A stretch of DNA of 64,000 bases. It comes from Candidatus Pacearchaeota archaeon CG_4_10_14_0_2_um_filter_35_33. GTDB taxonomy: Archaea > Nanobdellota > Nanobdellia > Pacearchaeales > GW2011-AR1. Within the stretch, counting starts at the first letter, position 1, and every line of letters starts with the position of its first letter. The position numbers and the translations under genes are program-made. A model generated the notes under the pieces. That model was not told the DNA's origin. It made no database searches and saw nothing but the letters and a program-made list of their open reading frames with translations. Shown here in pieces: positions 57,993 to 64,000 of this stretch. The DNA lies in the NCBI GenBank assembly GCA_002792635.1, contig PFOR01000012.1, positions 24,475-88,474 of the forward strand, read 5' to 3'.

Positions 57993-58640
57993 TTATTGTT
58001 TTCTTGCTACTATCTGCCCAGCCCTCCAGAAAAATGGCTTGGATTCTAGAATTTTGAACCCTTTCTTTTTTAGATACAAGGAGATGTCTGCTGTGGAAGC
58101 CTTATGACAAAGGTCCTCATCCTCTCCGAAGACGTCTTTTGATAAGTTTGGGAGGGTTATCTCAAATAAAGGCTTTTTGGAAAGTCTTGTTTTGAATTGT
58201 TTTAACTTATTTTGGTTATTTGGGTATCTTAGAATTAAAATCCCCTTCTGCTTGATCACTCTGGCTGCCTCATCAAGCATTTTCCAAGGTTCGAGAACAT
58301 GCTCTATAGTTTCAGCACTTATTACTGCATCAAATTCATTATCTTTAAATTTAAGAGATGTTGAGTCCATCACCTTAAATTGAGCCTTACCCTTCTTAGA
58401 CTCCTTGATAAACAAAGGAGAAATATCTATTCCCGTTACATCGTAGCCCTTGTCTGCTAGAAAGTTTGCTACTTGGCCAGCTCCTGAGCCGATATCAAGA
58501 ATTTTGGATCCTGGGGAAATATGCCTCCTTATTTTGTCCAGATATTTTCCATAAACAGAGAGATTGTGCCTTTTCAGCTGGTTTAGATATGGCTTGGAAC
58601 TTGAATAGAATTCCTTCATGTCTTTCTTTAAATTACCCAT
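57993..58640 (-). CDS. class I SAM-dependent methyltransferase
   Basis: Motif I ILDIGSGAGQVANFL. Confidence 0.7.
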   Translation of the reverse strand: MGNLKKDMKEFYSSSKPYLNQLKRHNLSVYGKYLDKIRRHISPGSKILDIGSGAGQVANFLADKGYDVTGIDISPLFIKESKKGKAQFKVMDSTSLKFKDNEFDAVISAETIEHVLEPWKMLDEAARVIKQKGILILRYPNNQNKLKQFKTRLSKKPLFEITLPNLSKDVFGEDEDLCHKASTADISLYLKKKGFKILESKPFFWRAGQIVARKQ

Positions 58641-58647
58641 TGAATTT

Positions 58648-59561
58648 CTATTTTGGCTGGTTTATATTGTTTTTGATTAATTCATACAATCTTTCAGTAG
58701 CCTTTCCATCTATTTTATAATAGTGTTTTTTAAGAAAGTTTTTCTCTCTTTTTAGCAAATCATCTAAATATCTTTTATCAGAGAGTACTCTTTTAATCTC
58801 TTTTTTTCCAGATTCCCGGTTTGTGATGTATGTGACTGCTTTTTCTTTCACCCAATCATTCGCTCCCCCATAATTGGCAAAATTAAATATGAATACAGGT
58901 TTGTTGAACATCATTGCCTCTAATGCCACTGTCGAGGTCATTGTAGAAAAGAAATCAGAAGATGCGATTGCCTCAAATGTGTCTTGTTTCCCATCCAAGA
59001 TGGTTGTAGATATATTTTCTTGTTCTGCAAGTTTTTTATATAGTTCAGCATCTAACTCTGCAGGATGTAGTTTGACCACTAAATGTATCTCATTAAATTC
59101 TTTTAAATCTTTTAACGCTTCGATTACCTTGAGAGTGGTTTTAGAGGGATCTGTGCCCCCTAATGTAACTAAAATTTCTTTTGGTTTTTTTCTAATGAAT
59201 TTATTTTTTTTGTTATACCTGTATAAGGAATCCTCAAATAAAACATATTCTGGGACTCCAAAAGAATTATGGGCTAATCTTTTTGGTATTGTATAAAGAG
59301 GATAAATATTTAGATCTGCCTGTCTTGCCCCTTCTCCTAGATTGTCAATAGTAATTATCTGCCGATAGTAATTATCTTTTTACACAGGTGCTTAATTTTT
59401 TTCACGTATTGTTTACTTAGTGATAATTTATCTATAATTGCAATTGGCTCGTCTATTGTTGATAAAAGCCTGGAAAATTCATCCATTTCTTCCTTTTCTG
59501 AAATTTTGGTAACTTCAAATCCATTTCTTTTGACAATATTAATTCCAGGAAGGTTCTTCAT
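58648..59561 (-). pseudogene. GT-B fold glycosyltransferase (MurG/PseG/TagF-like C-terminal domain) interrupted by a 17-bp tandem duplication
   Basis: N-terminal ORF (59561-59355) ends …HLCKKIITIGR*. The C-terminal part resumes …RQIITIDNLGEGARQ…KEILVTLGGTDP…STMTSTVALEAMMFNKPVFIF… in another frame. The join coincides with a duplicated 13-mer ATAGTAATTATCT (59348-59360 and 59365-59377). Confidence 0.5.
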
Positions 59562-59677
59562 TACAAATCTTACATTATGGCCTAATTTCCTTAGATGTCT
59601 TGCGAGAGTTATGCTCCGTGTTATGTGTCCAGTTCCTTGCTCGTTTCTTGGACGGCTTTTTTCTGAGCTTCCCCCAT

Positions 59678-60874
59678 CTACTCTAAAAATGAAGTTTTTT
59701 TAAAGGATATGTCTAACAACTTTTCAGAAGAATCTATTACCTCCCTGACAGATATCCTGTCAAGACAAACTATATTTTCTGGACAAAAAATTTTCCTCAT
59801 GCTCCTTGCACAAGGCCCACCATCAATCAATATTTTATGCCTCTTGCTATTTAATGGCCATGCACCCACTGCTTTTGCATAGGATGGGCCGAATAACTCA
59901 ACTATTTTTGCTTTTACTTGGTAAGCAATATGAACGATGCTTGTGTCTGTGGCTATCAGCAATTCTGATTTCTTTAACAATGGAGCCAATTCTCTGATGG
60001 AGAATAATCCGCAAACATCATAAATTTTAGACTTTGTTTTTTCCTGGATTTTTTCCGCAAGATAAGATTCTTCTTTGGTTCCAGTTACAAGAATATTATA
60101 CCCTTTTTTTGAGAAATGGTTTGCTACCTTTGCATATCTATCTACCGGCCATAAATGGGGAGGCCATTTTCCCCCCTTTAGAGTTTTTACAACGTGCTTT
60201 CCTCCGGGATGCATTACAATATATTTTTTTATTCGTTTCTTTTTCAAAAAGTTGTCTACTTTATTTTCTTCTTTTTTAGAATAATAAATTATGACGTCTT
60301 TTCTCGGGAACTTAAAACCTAATGATTCAAACATCTTAAATCCGAATTCAACCATGTGCGTACCCCATAGAGTAAATGGTTTCCTTGTAATGTGCAATTT
60401 GTTTTTGTAAACTAACAAACCCCTTATGCTTGGATAAAATGTAACCACCCTGTATTTAACGAACAAAAAATCCTTAAGTTTGAATGGGCCGAGACTTATA
60501 AAAAGTGCTGCATCAGGAGCATTTTTTTTTAATATATCAAGAGCTCTTCTTCCCTTGTGCTCTATCATTTCTATCCCAGGTATTTCTCCAAAATGCGATT
60601 TGGTTTTCTTATCAAGAAGAAAAGAAACATTTACTGAAGGATAAACTTTCTTAAAATAGTTGACAACGCCAAGAGCACAAAAATCGCCACCCACATTGCC
60701 CATTTCAGGATTTACTAAAACGACCAATATTTTTTTTATTTTATTTGTTTTAATTATTGTATACTTCGAAGGATCTAGTAGCAACCAAAGGAAATAATCT
60801 ATAAAAACAGAGGCTTTTCTAATAAATTCGTGCAATTCTGTTGATTTTTTTCTTAGTTTGGGGCCTAGTTTCAT
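59678..60874 (-). CDS. GT9 family glycosyltransferase (heptosyltransferase-like), second copy
   Basis: C-terminal …ELLIATDTSIVHIAYQV… equals the GT9 'DSGPMHLA' region. ~400 aa. Confidence 0.55.
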   Translation of the reverse strand: MKLGPKLRKKSTELHEFIRKASVFIDYFLWLLLDPSKYTIIKTNKIKKILVVLVNPEMGNVGGDFCALGVVNYFKKVYPSVNVSFLLDKKTKSHFGEIPGIEMIEHKGRRALDILKKNAPDAALFISLGPFKLKDFLFVKYRVVTFYPSIRGLLVYKNKLHITRKPFTLWGTHMVEFGFKMFESLGFKFPRKDVIIYYSKKEENKVDNFLKKKRIKKYIVMHPGGKHVVKTLKGGKWPPHLWPVDRYAKVANHFSKKGYNILVTGTKEESYLAEKIQEKTKSKIYDVCGLFSIRELAPLLKKSELLIATDTSIVHIAYQVKAKIVELFGPSYAKAVGAWPLNSKRHKILIDGGPCARSMRKIFCPENIVCLDRISVREVIDSSEKLLDISFKKTSFLE

Positions 60875-61365
60875 TTTTTAACTCTCAATTTTGTGACTAA
60901 ATCTACGGCTGGAAATATATATGCGAAATGCTTTTCATAAAAAACAGGATTTATTTTGGCGAGAGACCTCATAAAAAACCTTATATGGGGAAAAGTTATT
61001 CTTTGAGCCAATATTTCGAATTTATCGGACATGTTAGAGTTTTTGAAAGTTTCTGAATTGAAACCTCTTTTGTGTTGTAAATCGCCCCAAGCATTGTTGC
61101 TTGAAAAATGGGGTGTCCTGATATGAATCAAGGCTCCTTTTTTTGATATTCTGTGGATTTCGAGCATGACCTTATAGGCATCATCTAAGTGTTCTAAAAG
61201 GTTTTTCATTATGATTTCGTTAAACTGGTTGTCTTTGAAAGGATAGGGGATTTTATTTAAATCCCAGATTTTATCAACACCCTTAAACTTTTCAAAGTCG
61301 ACATTCACATAACCAGGTCTGATATCATCTCCGCTTCCGAGATTTAACTTTTCTATTTTTTGCAT
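60871..61365 (-). CDS. small class I SAM-dependent methyltransferase
   Basis: LNLGSGDDIRPGYVNVD… motif I-like. 164 aa. Confidence 0.5.
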   Translation of the reverse strand: MQKIEKLNLGSGDDIRPGYVNVDFEKFKGVDKIWDLNKIPYPFKDNQFNEIIMKNLLEHLDDAYKVMLEIHRISKKGALIHIRTPHFSSNNAWGDLQHKRGFNSETFKNSNMSDKFEILAQRITFPHIRFFMRSLAKINPVFYEKHFAYIFPAVDLVTKLRVKK

Positions 61366-61395
61366 TAAAAAGTGATGAGCAGCCCATTTAAAAAA

Positions 61396-62931
61396 TTAAT
61401 GCTGGCCAAGTTTATTAAAAATCTTGTTCTTTATTGCAGATAAAATCATTAAATCTTCTCCATCTAAAAATCCCAGAATAAAAATTAGGAATAGATAAAC
61501 TAGGCCAAAAAATATTCCCAGTGTTAATAAGGAAAAAACATTTATATCAACGAAGCTTCTAGCCAATAGAAGGAGACCTATTGGAATCAAGGAAATAATA
61601 ACTATTGCTGGAAAACTCCTTTTTATAGGAATTATTTTGATATAATGTTTGGCCTCTGAAATCAAAAGTATTCCTAAAAATACATAGGTAATTGATGTGG
61701 CAACAGCCGCCCCAGTTATCCCATATTTTGGAATCAATATGATATTTAATATTGTATTTATTGCTCCGGTTATAATTGTGTTAATCAAAAGTAGTCTGGA
61801 TTTGCCAGCCATAGAAAGAAGGTTGTTTGATATAGTTGACATTGAATAAACTAACAAACCTAATGATAAAATCCTTAGGGCATTTTCAGCAGGTAGAAAT
61901 TCTGGCCCAAAAAGTATGTTTATTAGTGCACCAGGAAATAGGATTATTATTGAAAAAATAGGTATGTTTAAGATTAGAATCCATTTGTTGACTTGTTTAC
62001 TTAGTCCTTTCACAACACCTGTTTCTCGTTTTCCATACTCTTTTGTTATTATTGGGAAAAACATTTGAAAGAATAGTTGGGGCGCAAATGTTAATAAGAA
62101 GGCTATGGGCATGGCTGCGTTATAGAACCCCACCCATGTCGCATCCTGGAAGATTCCTATGAATAAAGTATCTATCCACAGATAAACTGAAGAAATTATA
62201 GAATAAAACATTACAGGCCAGGAGTATGAAATTAGGTCTTTCTTTGTTCTCACATTATTATCAGGGATTTTTCCAAGTATGACTGGAATCTGTTTTACGC
62301 AAACGAAATATGAAAAAATGAATAAGGTAATTATTGTTAGAAGATACGAAAGAGGTACCGATGTTGAACCAATTCCAAGGAATATTAGGGCAAGGACTGC
62401 AATTACTTTAAAAATGTTTTGGAATATATTTTGTAAAAAAGAATACCAAGCGACTTTTTCAAAAGCCTGGATCGTGGATAGAAATATGTTGGAAAGAAGT
62501 GAGAAAGGAATCATAAGACTAAATATTTTAAGAAATATCGTTAATGAAGGGTTATGAAAGAGGGTTAGAGATATTGGTTCTGCTAAGAAAAACAAAATTA
62601 CGGATGATGTTATCCCTGTAAAAATCAGAAAATATGAAGAAAATTTAAATATATATCTTATTTTTTCCGGCCTGTTTTGTCCTCGATACAGGGGCGTGAA
62701 TCTTAACATTCCCTGCGTCAGGCCCATGGTTGCTATTGCCCCAAACCATCCAACAACCATCAAAGACAGGGAAAGAAGTCCGTAAACCTCTGCTCCGAAA
62801 TATCTGGCAACTATAATCCTATAAACATAAGTGAATATTTTTGATAATACAACCCCAAAAAATACAATTATTGAAGATTTTACAATTAATTTAAGCGAAG
62901 TATCAAGAGTTTTTTTTTCAGATCTATTCAT
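61396..62931 (-). CDS. oligosaccharide flippase (Wzx/MOP superfamily)
   Basis: 511 aa, ~14 TM, polysaccharide-biosynthesis-protein topology. Confidence 0.7.
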   Translation of the reverse strand: MNRSEKKTLDTSLKLIVKSSIIVFFGVVLSKIFTYVYRIIVARYFGAEVYGLLSLSLMVVGWFGAIATMGLTQGMLRFTPLYRGQNRPEKIRYIFKFSSYFLIFTGITSSVILFFLAEPISLTLFHNPSLTIFLKIFSLMIPFSLLSNIFLSTIQAFEKVAWYSFLQNIFQNIFKVIAVLALIFLGIGSTSVPLSYLLTIITLFIFSYFVCVKQIPVILGKIPDNNVRTKKDLISYSWPVMFYSIISSVYLWIDTLFIGIFQDATWVGFYNAAMPIAFLLTFAPQLFFQMFFPIITKEYGKRETGVVKGLSKQVNKWILILNIPIFSIIILFPGALINILFGPEFLPAENALRILSLGLLVYSMSTISNNLLSMAGKSRLLLINTIITGAINTILNIILIPKYGITGAAVATSITYVFLGILLISEAKHYIKIIPIKRSFPAIVIISLIPIGLLLLARSFVDINVFSLLTLGIFFGLVYLFLIFILGFLDGEDLMILSAIKNKIFNKLGQH

Positions 62932-62961
62932 GGATGATTAAGAAGTAATGTCTTTTTATGA

Positions 62962-63969
62962 TTATGCCTGTATTATATCATCAAAAATTTTTTTTAGTTT
63001 CATATTCCTTTCCTTTATAGTGTGGTTTTTTTCAAATTTTTTCCTTGCATTCAAGCCCATTTTTTTTATCTTTGAAGGATTTTTGATTAGATTTTCTAGC
63101 GCCCTCGTGAGTCTGTCTATTAAGCTTGGATCGTCCAAATTTAGTACCTCTTTCATAAACTCATCTTTTCTTATAAAAGTAGGATATCCTGGATTATTAT
63201 AGCCTTTAATTTTTTCGGATCTTTTAATTACCAACCCCGTGGTTCCGTTTTCCACGAAATCCCCCACTGCATATGTGTCCAGTGCAACTATTGGAATACC
63301 ATACGACATAGCTTCCAGAAAGGAAGAAACTGAATAATTATGACCAGGCATGAATAGAATGTCTGTAGTTTTATATAATTCCACTATATCCCTGTATGGG
63401 ATTTTCTTATCGATAACTTTTAGGTTGGATGTTCCTTCCAATTCTTTTTTTATCGATTCTGGAAGGTGACACCTAATTATTAAATCAACATCCTTTCTCT
63501 TAGAGAGTTTTTTAAATACCTTTATTACTTCCAACCCCCCCTTGATAAAAAAATCCTGGGGAATATTTATTGAGCCCATAAAAAGGATTCTGATTTTCTT
63601 TTTGTTATAAACCTTATTGACATTTTCAGGTTTTACCGCCAACTCAACAATTTCCACCTTGTCTGTTATTTTTTTTGAAAAATGTTTTTTTAGGAATGGA
63701 ATATGGGCTTGATTAGTGCAGATTATTTTTTTACATTCTGGAGACAGAAGAACCTTAGCAATTCTTTGCTTGTTTTTTAGGAATAATTCATAACTATTTC
63801 CAGCAAGACAAGCGGGATGGTCAAACATATAAAGCACCCAAGGTTTTGTTGAATTTGGAAGCAAGCCTTGGGAAAATATCACCTCAACATCGTCCAAAAC
63901 TTCTGATTTTTGAGTTGCTTCTATTAGCCGGGTTGTCTTAAACACTCTTAAGAATTTGTGATAAATCAT
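62962..63969 (-). CDS. GT4 glycosyltransferase
   Basis: GT-B fold. …MPGHNYSVSSFLEAMSYGIPIVALD… region. Confidence 0.7.
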   Translation of the reverse strand: MIYHKFLRVFKTTRLIEATQKSEVLDDVEVIFSQGLLPNSTKPWVLYMFDHPACLAGNSYELFLKNKQRIAKVLLSPECKKIICTNQAHIPFLKKHFSKKITDKVEIVELAVKPENVNKVYNKKKIRILFMGSINIPQDFFIKGGLEVIKVFKKLSKRKDVDLIIRCHLPESIKKELEGTSNLKVIDKKIPYRDIVELYKTTDILFMPGHNYSVSSFLEAMSYGIPIVALDTYAVGDFVENGTTGLVIKRSEKIKGYNNPGYPTFIRKDEFMKEVLNLDDPSLIDRLTRALENLIKNPSKIKKMGLNARKKFEKNHTIKERNMKLKKIFDDIIQA

Positions 63970-64000
63970 TCTAATCGCCTTGGAGCCACTTATTTTTTTC

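Noticed and set aside
63970-64000. Possible 3' end of another minus-strand gene (…EKNKWLQGD*) at the window edge
   Set aside because: Only 10 codons are visible, too short to call.

Overview
Low-GC (~33%) archaeal fragment. The r-protein set (L40e, L30e-type L30, L32e, L19e, S4e, P0/P1), aIF5A, aSUI1, AglB/STT3 and a CCA-less tRNA gene mark it as archaeal; the composition and accessory content suggest a DPANN-like (Woese/Pacearchaeota-type) lineage, as inference only. Layout: (1) 1-6.9 kb: FKBP-PPIase (partial), aIF5A, L40e, site-2 protease, small hypotheticals, a truncated Nudix gene, a Gly-rich RGG/zinc-ribbon protein, an RHH protein and an unidentified pseudogene. (2) 7.0-9.3 kb: L1-L10(P0)-[84-aa ORF]-L12(P1), then tRNA-Ser(UGA) with an upstream TATA box. 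(3) 9.7-13.3 kb: AMP/thymidine phosphorylase, AI-2E transporter, hypotheticals. (4) 13.4-26.4 kb: intact ribosomal supercluster L3-L4-L23-L2-S19-L22-S3-L29-SUI1-S17-L14-L24-S4e-L5-S14-S8-L6-L32e-L19e-L18-S5-L30-[Zn-ribbon ORF]-L15-SecY with ATGA/overlap coupling. Then a DUF106/Oxa1-like protein, prefoldin alpha, an eIF2B-family protein and a DUF95 membrane protein. (5) 29-64 kb: a ~35 kb glycan/N-glycosylation island: AglB(STT3), AglH (Alg7-like GPT), two Wzx-like flippases, Alg14/Alg13-like pair, 4 GT2, 5 GT4, 2 GT9 (heptosyltransferase-family), a GT-C (ArnT/PMT-like), RmlA, RmlB, a C-methyltransferase::RmlC-like cupin fusion, 3 tandem SDR epimerase/dehydratases, 5 SAM-MTases, a CE4 deacetylase, a FemAB-like protein, QueC and a nucleoside 2-deoxyribosyltransferase-like protein. 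The island also carries several decayed genes: a DegT aminotransferase, a Nudix hydrolase, and a GT-B transferase broken by a 17-bp duplication. No rRNA, CRISPR or obvious mobile element was seen.
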